Source of the DNA: Eledone cirrhosa
Lineage: Eukaryota
Length of the DNA: 64,000 nucleotides
Assembly: GCA_964016885.1 (NCBI GenBank)
Contig: OZ024743.1
Span: 47,926,001 to 47,990,000, forward strand
Direction of reading: 5' to 3'
Under the pieces are notes generated by a model, which was not told where the DNA came from, ran no database searches, and was given only the letters and a program-made list of their open reading frames with translations. The position numbers were made by a program, and so were the translations under genes. Shown in pieces: positions 33,742-49,060 of this stretch (position 1 is its first letter; every line of letters begins with the position of its first letter).

Positions 33742-35199
33742 TACAACTTAAATCATCACATCCACTACACCAGCTAGGTTAACAATATATATTACACAAC
33801 TTAAATCATCACATCCACTACACCAGCTAGGTTAACAATATATATTACACAACTTAAATCATCACATCCACTACACCAGCTAGGTTAACAATATATATTA
33901 CACAACTTAAATCATCACATCCACTACACCAGCTAGGTTAATATATATTACACAACTTAAATCATCACATCCACTACACCAGCTAGGTTAACAATATATA
34001 TTACACAACTTAAATCATCACATCCGGTACACCAGCTAGGTTACCAATATATATTACACAACTTAAATCATCACATCCACTACAGCAGCTAGGTTAACAA
34101 TATATATTACACAACTTAAATCATCACATCCACTACACCAGCTAGGTTAATATATATTACACAACTTAAATCATCACATCCACTACACCAGCTAGGTTAA
34201 CAATATATATTACACAACTTAAATCATCACATCCAGTACACCAGCTAGGTTACCAATATATATTACACAACTTAAATCATCACATCCACTACAGCAGCTA
34301 GGTTAACAATATATATTACACAACTTAAATCATCACATCCACTACACCAGCTAGGTTAACAATATATAGTACACAACGTAAATGATCACATCCACTACAC
34401 CAGCTAGATTAATATATATTACACAACTTAAATCATCACATCCACTACACCAGCTAGGTTAACAATATATATTACACAACTTAAATCATCACATCCACTA
34501 CATCAGCTAGGTTAACAATATATATTACACAACATAAATCATCACATCCACTACACCAGCTATGTTAACAATATATATTACACAACTTAAATCATCACAT
34601 CCACTACACCAGCTAGGTTAACAATATATATTACACAACTTAAATCATCACATCCACTACACCAGCTAGGTTAATATATATTACACAACTTAAATCATCA
34701 CATCCACTACACCAGCTAGGTTAACAATCTATATTACTCAACTTAAATCATCACATCCACTACACCAGCTAGGTTAATATATATTACACAACTTAAATGA
34801 TCACATCCACTACACCAGCTAGGTTAATATATATTACACAACTTAAATCTTCACATCCACTACATCAGCTAGGTTAACAATATATATTACACAACTTAAA
34901 TCATCACATCCACTACACCAGCTAGGTTAACAATCTATATTACTCAACTTAAATCATCACATCCACTACACCAGCTAGGTTAACAATATATATTATACAA
35001 CTTAAATCATCACATCCACTACACCAGCTAGGTTAACAATATATATTACACAACTTAAATCATCACATCCACTACACCAGCTAGGTTAACAATATATATT
35101 ACACAACTTAAATCATCACATCCACTACACCAGCTAGGTTAACAATATATATTACACAACTTAAATCATCACATCCACTACACCAGCTAGGTTAATATA

Positions 35200-38100
35200 T
35201 ATTACACAACTTAAATCATCACATCCACTACACCAGCTAGGTTAACAATATATATTACTCAACTTAAATTATCACATCCACTACACCAACTAGGTTAACA
35301 ATCTATATTACTCAATTTAAATCATCACATCCACTACACCAGCTAGGTTAACAATATATATTACACAACTTAAATCATCACATCCACTACACCAGCTAGG
35401 TTAACAATATATGTTACTCAACTTAAATCATCACATCCACTACACCAGCTAGGTTAACAATCTATATTACACAACTTAAATCATCACATCCACTACACCA
35501 GCTAGGTTAATATATATTACACAACGTAAATCATCACATCCACTACACCAGCTAGGTTAATATATATTACACAACTTAAATGATCACATCCACTACACCA
35601 GCTAGGTTAACATATATTACACAACTTAAATCATCACATCCACTACATCAGCTAGGTTAACAATATATATTACACAACTTAAATCATCACATCCACTACA
35701 CCAGCTAGGTTAACAATATATAGTACACAACTTAAAACATCAAATCCGCTACACCAGCTAGGTTAACAATATATATTACACAACTTAAATCATCACATCC
35801 ACTACACCAGCTAGGTTAACAATCTATATTACTCAACTTAAATCATCACATCCACTACACCAGCTAGGTTAACAATATATATTACACAACTTAAATCATC
35901 ACATCCACTACATCAGCTAGGTTAACAATATATATTACACAACATAAATCATCACATCCACTACACCAAGTAGGTTAACAATATATATTACACAACTTAA
36001 ATCATCACATCCACTACACCAGCTAGGTTAACAATATATATTACTCAACTTAAATCATCACATCCACTACACCAGCTAGGTTAACAATATATATTATACA
36101 ACTTAAATCATCACATCCACTACACCAGCTAGGTTAACAATATATATTACACAACTTAAATCATCACATCCACTACACCAGCTAGGTTAACAATATATAT
36201 TACACAACTTAAATCATCACTTCCACTACACCAGCTAGGTTAACAATATATATTACACAACTTAAATCATCACATCCACTACACCAGCTAGGTTAACAAT
36301 ATATATTACACAACTTAAATCATCACATCCACTACACCAAGTAGGTTAACAATATATATTACACAACTTAAATCATCACATCCACTACACCAGCTAGGTT
36401 AACAATATATATTACACAACTTAAATCATCACATCCACTACACCAGCTAGGTTAACAATATATATTACACAACTTAAATTATCACATCCACTACACCAGC
36501 TAGGTTAACAATATATATTGCTCAACTTAAATCATCACATCCACTACACCAGCTAGGTTAACAATCTATATTACTCAACTTAAATCATCACCTCCACTAC
36601 TCCAGCTAGGTTAACAATATATATTACACAACTTAAATCATCACATCCACTACACCAGCTAGGTTCATATATATTACGCAACTTAAATCATCACTTCCAC
36701 TACACCAGATAGGTTAACAATATATATTACACAACTTAAATCATCACATCCACTACACCAGCTAGGTTCATATATATTACACAACTTAAATCATCACATC
36801 CACTACACCAGATAGGTTAACAATCTATATTACACAACTTAAATCATCACATCCACTACATCAGCTAGGTTAACAATATATATTACACAACTTAAATCAT
36901 CACATCCACTACACCAAGTAGGTTAACAATATATATTACACAACTTAAATCATCACATCCACTACACCAGCTAGGTTAACAATATATATTACTCAACCTA
37001 AATCATCACATCCACTACACCAGCTAGGTTAACAATATATATTATACAACTTAAATCATCACATCCACTACTCCAGCTTGGTTAACAATATATATTACAC
37101 AACTTAAATCATCACATCCACTACACCAGCTAGGTTCATATATATTATGCAACTTAAATCATCACATCCACTACACCAGATAGGTTAATAATATATATTA
37201 CACAACTTAAATCATCACATCCACTACACCAGCTAGGTTCATATATATTACACAACTTAAATCATCACATCCACTACACCAGATAGGTTAACAATATATA
37301 TTACACAACTTAAATCATCACATCCACTACATCAGCTAGGTTAACAATATATATTACACAACTTAAATCATCACATCCACTACACCAAGTAGGTTAACAA
37401 TATATATTACACAACTTAAATCATCACATCCACTACACCAGCTAGGTTAACAATATATATTACTCAACTTAAATCATCACATCCACTACACCAGCTAGGT
37501 TAACAATCTATATTACACAACTTAAATCATCACATCCACTACACCAGCTAGGTTAATATATATTACACAACGTAAATCATCACATCCACTACACCAGCTA
37601 GGTTAATATATATTACACAACTTAAATCATCACATCCACTACACCATCTAGGTTAACAATATATATTACACAACTTAAATCATCACATCCACTACACCAG
37701 CCTGGTTAATATATATTACACAACATAAATCATCACATCCACTACACCAGCTAGGTTAACAATATATATTACACAACTTAAATCATCACATCCCCTACAC
37801 CAGCTAGGTTAACAATATATATTACACAACTTAAATCATCAGATCCACTACACCAGCTAGGTTAACAATCTATATTACTCAACTTAAATCATCACATCCA
37901 CTACACCAGCTAGGTTAACAATATATATTACACAACTTAAATCATCACATCCACTACATCAGCAAAGGTTAACAATATATATTACACAACTTAAATCATC
38001 ACATCCACTACACCAGCTATGTTAACAATATATATTACACAACTTAAATCATCACATCCACTACACCAGCTTGGTTAACAATATATATTACACAACTTAA

Positions 38101-41100
38101 ATCATCACATCCACTACATCAGCAAAGGTTAACAATATATATTACACAACTTAAATCATCACATCCACTACACCAGCTAGGTTAACAATATATATTACAC
38201 AACTTAAATGATCACATCCACTACACCAGCTAGGTTAATATATATTACACAACTTAAATCATCACATCCACTACACCAGCTAGGTTAACAATCTATATTA
38301 CTCAACTTAAATCATCACATCCACTACACCAGCTAGGTTAATATATATTACACAACTTAAATGATCACATCCACTACACCAGCTAGGTTAATATATATTA
38401 CACAACTTAAATCATCACATCCACTACATCAGCTAGGTTAACAATATATATTACACAACTTAAATCATCACATCCACTACACCAGCTAGGTTAACAATAT
38501 ATAGTACACAACGTAAATGATCACATCCACTACACCAGCTAGATTAATATATATTACACAACTTAAATCATCACATCCACTACACCAGCTAGGTTAACAA
38601 TATATATTACACAACTTAAATCATCACATCCACTACATCAGCTAGGTTAACAATATATATTACACAACATAAATCATCACATCCACTACACCAGCTATGT
38701 TAACAATATATATTACACAACTTAAATCATCACATCCACTACACCAGCTAGGTTAACAATATATATTACACAACTTAAATCATCACATCCACTACACCAG
38801 CTAGGTTAACAATATATATTACACAACTTAAATGATCACATCCACTACACCAGCTAGGTTAATATATATTACACAACTTAAATCATCACATCCACTACAC
38901 CAGCTAGGTTAACAATCTATATTACTCAACTTAAATCATCACATCCACTACACCAGCTAGGTTAATATATATTACACAACTTAAATGATCACATCCACTA
39001 CACCAGCTAGGTTAATATATATTACACAACTTAAATCTTCACATCCACTACATCAGCTAGGTTAACAATATATATTACACAACTTAAATCATCACATCCA
39101 CTACACCAGCTAGGTTAACAATCTATATTACTCAACTTAAATCATCACATCCACTACACCAGCTAGGTTAACAATATATATTATACAACTTAAATCATCA
39201 CATCCACTACACCAGCTAGGTTAACAATATATATTACACAACTTAAATCATCACATCCACTACACCAGCTAGGTTAACAATATATATTACTCAACTTAAA
39301 ATATCACATCCACTACACCAGCTAGGTTAACAATCTATATTACTCAATTTAAATCATCACATCCACTACACCAGCTAGGTTAACAATATTTATTACACAA
39401 CTTAAATCATCACATCCACTACACCAGCTAGGTTAACAATATATGTTACTCAACTTAAATCATCACATCCACTACACCAGCTAGGTTAACAATCTATATT
39501 ACACAACTTAAATCATCACATCCACTACACCAGCTAGGTTAATATATATTACACAACGTAAATCATCACATCCACTACACCAGCTAGGTTAATATATATT
39601 ACACAACTTAAATGATCACATCCACTACACCAGCTAGGTTAACATATATTACACAACTTAAATCATCACATCCACTACATCAGCTAGGTTAACAATATAT
39701 ATTACACAACTTAAATCATCACATCCACTACACCAGCTAGGTTAACAATATATAGTACACAACTTAAAACATCAAATCCACTACACCAGCTAGGTTAACA
39801 ATATATATTACACAACTTAAATCATCACATCCACTACACCAGCTAGGTTAACAATCTATATTACTCAACTTAAATCATCACATCCACTACACCAGCTAGG
39901 TTAACAATATATATTACACAACTTAAATCATCACATCCACTACATCAGCTAGGTTAACAATATATATTACACAACATAAATCATCACATCCACTACACCA
40001 AGTAGGTTAACAATATATATTACACAACTTAAATCATCACATCCACTACACCAGCTAGGTTAACAATATATATTACTCAACTTAAATCATCACATCCACT
40101 ACACCAGCTAGGTTAACAATATATATTATACAACTTAAATCATCACATCCACTACACCAGCTAGGTTAACAATATATATTACACAACTTAAATCATCACA
40201 TCCACTACACCAGCTAGGTTAACAATATATATTACACAACTTAAATCATCACTTCCACTACACCAGCTAGGTTAACAATATATATTACACAACTTAAATC
40301 ATCACATCCACTACACCAGCTAGGTTAACAATATATATTACACAACTTAAATCATCACATCCACTACACCAAGTAGGTTAACAATATATATTACACAACT
40401 TAAATCATCACATCCACTACACCAGCTAGGTTAACAATATATATTACACAACTTAAATCATCACATCCACTACACCAGCTAGGTTAACAATATATATTAC
40501 ACAACTTAAATTATCACATCCACTACACCAGCTAGGTTAACAATATATATTGCTCAACTTAAATCATCACATCCACTACACCAGCTAGGTTAACAATCTA
40601 TATTACTCAACTTAAATCATCACCTCCACTACTCCAGCTAGGTTAACAATATATATTACACAACTTAAATCATCACATCCACTACACCAGCTAGGTTCAT
40701 ATATATTACGCAACTTAAATCATCACTTCCACTACACCAGATAGGTTAACAATATATATTACACAACTTAAATCATCACATCCACTACACCAGCTAGGTT
40801 CATATATATTACACAACTTAAATCATCACATCCACTACACCAGATAGGTTAACAATCTATATTACACAACTTAAATCATCACATCCACTACATCAGCTAG
40901 GTTAACAATATATATTACACAACTTAAATCATCACATCCACTACACCAAGTAGGTTAACAATATATATTACACAACTTAAATCATCACATCCACTACACC
41001 AGCTAGGTTAACAATATATATTACTCAACCTAAATCATCACATCCACTACACCAGCTAGGTTAACAATATATATTATACAACTTAAATCATCACATCCAC

Positions 41101-43320
41101 TACTCCAGCTTGGTTAACAATATATATTACACAACTTAAATCATCACATCCACTACACCAGCTAGGTTCATATATATTATGCAACTTAAATCATCACATC
41201 CACTACACCAGATAGGTTAATAATATATATTACACAACTTAAATCATCACATCCACTACACCAGCTAGGTTCATATATATTACACAACTTAAATCATCAC
41301 ATCCACTACACCAGATAGGTTAACAATATATATTACACAACTTAAATCATCACATCCACTACATCAGCTAGGTTAACAATATATATTACACAACTTAAAT
41401 CATCACATCCACTACACCAAGTAGGTTAACAATATATATTACACAACTTAAATCATCACATCCACTACACCAGCTAGGTTAACAATATATATTACTCAAC
41501 TTAAATCATCACATCCACTACACCAGCTAGGTTAACAATCTATATTACACAACTTAAATCATCACATCCACTACACCAGCTAGGTTAATATATATTACAC
41601 AACGTAAATCATCACATCCACTACACCAGCTAGGTTAATATATATTACACAACTTAAATCATCACATCCACTACACCATCTAGGTTAACAATATATATTA
41701 CACAACTTAAATCATCACATCCACTACACCAGCCTGGTTAATATATATTACACAACATAAATCATCACATCCACTACACCAGCTAGGTTAACAATATATA
41801 TTACACAACTTAAATCATCACATCCCCTACACCAGCTAGGTTAACAATATATATTACACAACTTAAATCATCAGATCCACTACACCAGCTAGGTTAACAA
41901 TCTATATTACTCAACTTAAATCATCACATCCACTACACCAGCTAGGTTAACAATATATATTACACAACTTAAATCATCACATCCACTACATCAGCAAAGG
42001 TTAACAATATATATTACACAACTTAAATCATCACATCCACTACACCAGCTATGTTAACAATATATATTACACAACTTAAATCATCACATCCACTACACCA
42101 GCTTGGTTAACAATATATATTACACAACTTAAATCATCACATCCACTACATCAGCAAAGGTTAACAATATATATTACACAACTTAAATCATCACATCCAC
42201 TACACCAGCTAGGTTAACAATATATATTACACAACTTAAATGATCACATCCACTACACCAGCTAGGTTAATATATATTACACAACTTAAATCATCACATC
42301 CACTACACCAGCTAGGTTAACAATCTATATTACTCAACTTAAATCATCACATCCACTACACCAGCTAGGTTAATATATATTACACAACTTAAATGATCAC
42401 ATCCACTACACCAGCTAGGTTAATATATATTACACAACTTAAATCATCACATCCACTACATCAGCTAGGTTAACAATATATATTACACAACTTAAATCAT
42501 CACATCCACTACACCAGCTAGGTTAACAATATATAGTACACAACGTAAATGATCACATCCACTACACCAGCTAGATTAATATATATTACACAACTTAAAT
42601 CATCACATCCACTACACCAGCTAGGTTAACAATATATATTACACAACTTAAATCATCACATCCACTACATCAGCTAGGTTAACAATATATATTACACAAC
42701 ATAAATCATCACATCCACTACACCAGCTATGTTAACAATATATATTACACAACTTAAATCATCACATCCACTACACCAGCTAGGTTAACAATATATATTA
42801 CACAACTTAAATCATCACATCCACTACACCAGCTAGGTTAACAATATATATTACACAACTTAAATGATCACATCCACTACACCAGCTAGGTTAATATATA
42901 TTACACAACTTAAATCATCACATCCACTACACCAGCTAGGTTAACAATCTATATTACTCAACTTAAATCATCACATCCACTACACCAGCTAGGTTAATAT
43001 ATATTACACAACTTAAATGATCACATCCACTACACCAGCTAGGTTAATATATATTACACAACTTAAATCTTCACATCCACTACATCAGCTAGGTTAACAA
43101 TATATATTACACAACTTAAATCATCACATCCACTACACCAGCTAGGTTAACAATCTATATTACTCAACTTAAATCATCACATCCACTACACCAGCTAGGT
43201 TAACAATATATATTATACAACTTAAATCATCACATCCACTACACCAGCTAGGTTAACAATATATATTACACAACTTAAATCATCACATCCACTACACCAG
43301 CTAGGTTAACAATATATATT
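35200..43320. repeat. Two tandem copies of a 4032-bp (77-monomer) higher-order unit
   Basis: ATTGCTC 36520/40552, TCAGATCC 37842/41874 and ACTC 35258/39290 are offset 4032. I count 17 50-bp and 2 54-bp monomers in the unit, and 77x53-51+2=4032. Confidence 0.9.
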
Positions 43321-43899
43321 ACACAACTTAAATCATCACATCCACTACACCAGCTAGGTTAACAATATATATTACACAACTTAAATCATCACATCCACTA
43401 CACCAGCTAGGTTAATATATATTACACAACTTAAATCATCACATCCACTACACCAGCTAGGTTAACAATATATATTACTCAACTTAAATCATCACATCCA
43501 CTACACCAGCTAGGTTAACAATATATATTACACAACTTAAATCATCACATCCAGTACACCAGCTAGGTTACCAATATATATTACACAACTTAAATCATCA
43601 CATCCACTACAGCAGCTAGGTTAACAATATATATTACACAACTTAAATCATCACATCCACTACACCAGCTAGGTTAACAATATATAGTACACAACGTAAA
43701 TGATCACATCCACTACACCAGCTAGATTAATATATATTACACAACTTAAATCATCACATCCACTACACCAGCTAGGTTAACAATATATATTACACAACTT
43801 AAATCATCACATCCACTACATCAGCTAGGTTAACAATATATATTACACAACATAAATCATCACATCCACTACACCAGCTATGTTAACAATATATATTAC

Positions 43900-46800
43900 A
43901 CAACTTAAATCATCACATCCACTACACCAGCTAGGTTAACAATATATATTACACAACTTAAATCATCACATCCACTACACCAGCTAGGTTAATATATATT
44001 ACACAACTTAAATCATCACATCCACTACACCAGCTAGGTTAACAATCTATATTACTCAACTTAAATCATCACATCCACTACACCAGCTAGGTTAATATAT
44101 ATTACACAACTTAAATGATCACATCCACTACACCAGCTAGGTTAATATATATTACACAACTTAAATCTTCACATCCACTACATCAGCTAGGTTAACAATA
44201 TATATTACACAACTTAAATCATCACATCCACTACACCAGCTAGGTTAACAATCTATATTACTCAACTTAAATCATCACATCCACTACACCAGCTAGGTTA
44301 ACAATATATATTATACAACTTAAATCATCACATCCACTACACCAGCTAGGTTAACAATATATATTACACAACTTAAATCATCACATCCACTACACCAGCT
44401 AGGTTAACAATATATATTACACAACTTAAATCATCACATCCACTACACCAGCTAGGTTAACAATATATATTACACAACTTAAATCATCACATCCACTACA
44501 CCAGCTAGGTTAATATATATTACACAACTTAAATCATCACATCCACTACACCAGCTAGGTTAACAATATATATTACTCAACTTAAATTATCACATCCACT
44601 ACACCAGCTAGGTTAACAATCTATATTACTCAATTTAAATCATCACATCCACTACACCAGCTAGGTTAACAATATATATTACACAACTTAAATCATCACA
44701 TCCACTACACCAGCTAGGTTAACAATATATGTTACTCAACTTAAATCATCACATCCACTACACCAGCTAGGTTAACAATCTATATTACACAACTTAAATC
44801 ATCACATCCACTACACCAGCTAGGTTAATATATATTACACAACGTAAATCATCACATCCACTACACCAGCTAGGTTAATATATATTACACAACTTAAATG
44901 ATCACATCCACTACACCAGCTAGGTTAACATATATTACACAACTTAAATCATCACATCCACTACATCAGCTAGGTTAACAATATATATTACACAACTTAA
45001 ATCATCACATCCACTACACCAGCTAGGTTAACAATATATAGTACACAACTTAAAACATCAAATCCACTACACCAGCTAGGTTAACAATATATATTACACA
45101 ACTTAAATCATCACATCCACTACACCAGCTAGGTTAACAATCTATATTACTCAACTTAAATCATCACATCCACTACACCAGCTAGGTTAACAATATATAT
45201 TACACAACTTAAATCATCACATCCACTACATCAGCTAGGTTAACAATATATATTACACAACATAAATCATCACATCCACTACACCAAGTAGGTTAACAAT
45301 ATATATTACACAACTTAAATCATCACATCCACTACACCAGCTAGGTTAACAATATATATTACTCAACTTAAATCATCACATCCACTACACCAGCTAGGTT
45401 AACAATATATATTATACAACTTAAATCATCACATCCACTACACCAGCTAGGTTAACAATATATATTACACAACTTAAATCATCACATCCACTACACCAGC
45501 TAGGTTAACAATATATATTACACAACTTAAATCATCACTTCCACTACACCAGCTAGGTTAACAATATATATTACACAACTTAAATCATCACATCCACTAC
45601 ACCAGCTAGGTTAACAATATATATTACACAACTTAAATCATCACATCCACTACACCAAGTAGGTTAACAATATATATTACACAACTTAAATCATCACATC
45701 CACTACACCAGCTAGGTTAACAATATATATTACACAACTTAAATCATCACATCCACTACACCAGCTAGGTTAACAATATATATTACACAACTTAAATTAT
45801 CACATCCACTACACCAGCTAGGTTAACAATATATATTGCTCAACTTAAATCATCACATCCACTACACCAGCTAGGTTAACAATCTATATTACTCAACTTA
45901 AATCATCACCTCCACTACTCCAGCTAGGTTAACAATATATATTACACAACTTAAATCATCACATCCACTACACCAGCTAGGTTCATATATATTACGCAAC
46001 TTAAATCATCACTTCCACTACACCAGATAGGTTAACAATATATATTACACAACTTAAATCATCACATCCACTACACCAGCTAGGTTCATATATATTACAC
46101 AACTTAAATCATCACATCCACTACACCAGATAGGTTAACAATCTATATTACACAACTTAAATCATCACATCCACTACATCAGCTAGGTTAACAATATATA
46201 TTACACAACTTAAATCATCACATCCACTACACCAAGTAGGTTAACAATATATATTACACAACTTAAATCATCACATCCACTACACCAGCTAGGTTAACAA
46301 TATATATTACTCAACCTAAATCATCACATCCACTACACCAGCTAGGTTAACAATATATATTATACAACTTAAATCATCACATCCACTACTCCAGCTTGGT
46401 TAACAATATATATTACACAACTTAAATCATCACATCCACTACACCAGCTAGGTTCATATATATTATGCAACTTAAATCATCACATCCACTACACCAGCTA
46501 GGTTAACAATATATATTACACAACTTAAATCATCACATCCACTACACCAGCTAGGTTAATATATATTACACAACTTAAATCATCACATCCACTACACCAG
46601 CTAGGTTAACAATCTATATTACTCAACTTAAATCATCACATCCACTACACCAGCTAGGTTAATATATATTACACAACTTAAATGATCACATCCACTACAC
46701 CAGCTAGGTTAATATATATTACACAACTTAAATCTTCACATCCACTACATCAGCTAGGTTAACAATATATATTACACAACTTAAATCATCACATCCACTA

Positions 46801-49060
46801 CACCAGCTAGGTTAACAATCTATATTACTCAACTTAAATCATCACATCCACTACACCAGCTAGGTTAACAATATATATTATACAACTTAAATCATCACAT
46901 CCACTACACCAGCTAGGTTAACAATATATATTACACAACTTAAATCATCACATCCACTACACCAGCTAGGTTAACAATATATATTACACAACTTAAATCA
47001 TCACATCCACTACACCAGCTAGGTTAACAATATATATTACACAACTTAAATCATCACATCCACTACACCAGCTAGGTTAATATATATTACACAACTTAAA
47101 TCATCACATCCACTACACCAGCTAGGTTAACAATATATATTACTCAACTTAAATTATCACATCCACTACACCAGCTAGGTTAACAATCTATATTACTCAA
47201 TTTAAATCATCACATCCACTACACCAGCTAGGTTAACAATATATATTACACAACTTAAATCATCACATCCACTACACCAGCTAGGTTAACAATATATGTT
47301 ACTCAACTTAAATCATCACATCCACTACACCAGCTAGGTTAACAATCTATATTACACAACTTAAATCATCACATCCACTACACCAGCTAGGTTAATATAT
47401 ATTACACAACGTAAATCATCACATCCACTACACCAGCTAGGTTAATATATATTACACAACTTAAATGATCACATCCACTACACCAGCTAGGTTAACATAT
47501 ATTACACAACTTAAATCATCACATCCACTACATCAGCTAGGTTAACAATATATATTACACAACTTAAATCATCACATCCACTACACCAGCTAGGTTAACA
47601 ATATATAGTACACAACTTAAAACATCAAATCCACTACACCAGCTAGGTTAACAATATATATTACACAACTTAAATCATCACATCCACTACACCAGCTAGG
47701 TTAACAATCTATATTACTCAACTTAAATCATCACATCCACTACACCAGCTAGGTTAACAATATATATTACACAACTTAAATCATCACATCCACTACATCA
47801 GCTAGGTTAACAATATATATTACACAACATAAATCATCACATCCACTACACCAAGTAGGTTAACAATATATATTACACAACTTAAATCATCACATCCACT
47901 ACACCAGCTAGGTTAACAATATATATTACTCAACTTAAATCATCACATCCACTACACCAGCTAGGTTAACAATATATATTATACAACTTAAATCATCACA
48001 TCCACTACACCAGCTAGGTTAACAATATATATTACACAACTTAAATCATCACATCCACTACACCAGCTAGGTTAACAATATATATTACACAACTTAAATC
48101 ATCACTTCCACTACACCAGCTAGGTTAACAATATATATTACACAACTTAAATCATCACATCCACTACACCAGCTAGGTTAACAATATATATTACACAACT
48201 TAAATCATCACATCCACTACACCAAGTAGGTTAACAATATATATTACACAACTTAAATCATCACATCCACTACACCAGCTAGGTTAACAATATATATTAC
48301 ACAACTTAAATCATCACATCCACTACACCAGCTAGGTTAACAATATATATTACACAACTTAAATTATCACATCCACTACACCAGCTAGGTTAACAATATA
48401 TATTGCTCAACTTAAATCATCACATCCACTACACCAGCTAGGTTAACAATCTATATTACTCAACTTAAATCATCACCTCCACTACTCCAGCTAGGTTAAC
48501 AATATATATTACACAACTTAAATCATCACATCCACTACACCAGCTAGGTTCATATATATTACGCAACTTAAATCATCACTTCCACTACACCAGATAGGTT
48601 AACAATATATATTACACAACTTAAATCATCACATCCACTACACCAGCTAGGTTCATATATATTACACAACTTAAATCATCACATCCACTACACCAGATAG
48701 GTTAACAATCTATATTACACAACTTAAATCATCACATCCACTACATCAGCTAGGTTAACAATATATATTACACAACTTAAATCATCACATCCACTACACC
48801 AAGTAGGTTAACAATATATATTACACAACTTAAATCATCACATCCACTACACCAGCTAGGTTAACAATATATATTACTCAACCTAAATCATCACATCCAC
48901 TACACCAGCTAGGTTAACAATATATATTATACAACTTAAATCATCACATCCACTACTCCAGCTTGGTTAACAATATATATTACACAACTTAAATCATCAC
49001 ATCCACTACACCAGCTAGGTTCATATATATTATGCAACTTAAATCATCACATCCACTACA
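43900..49060. repeat. Tandem duplication, period 2567 bp; first copy lies in a segment matching ~34,200-37,180 at offset 9318
   Basis: TTAAATCTTC 44161/46728 and ATTGCTC 45838/48405 are offset 2567. CCAGTAC 34233/43551 and ATTGCTC 36520/45838 are offset 9318. Confidence 0.85.
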
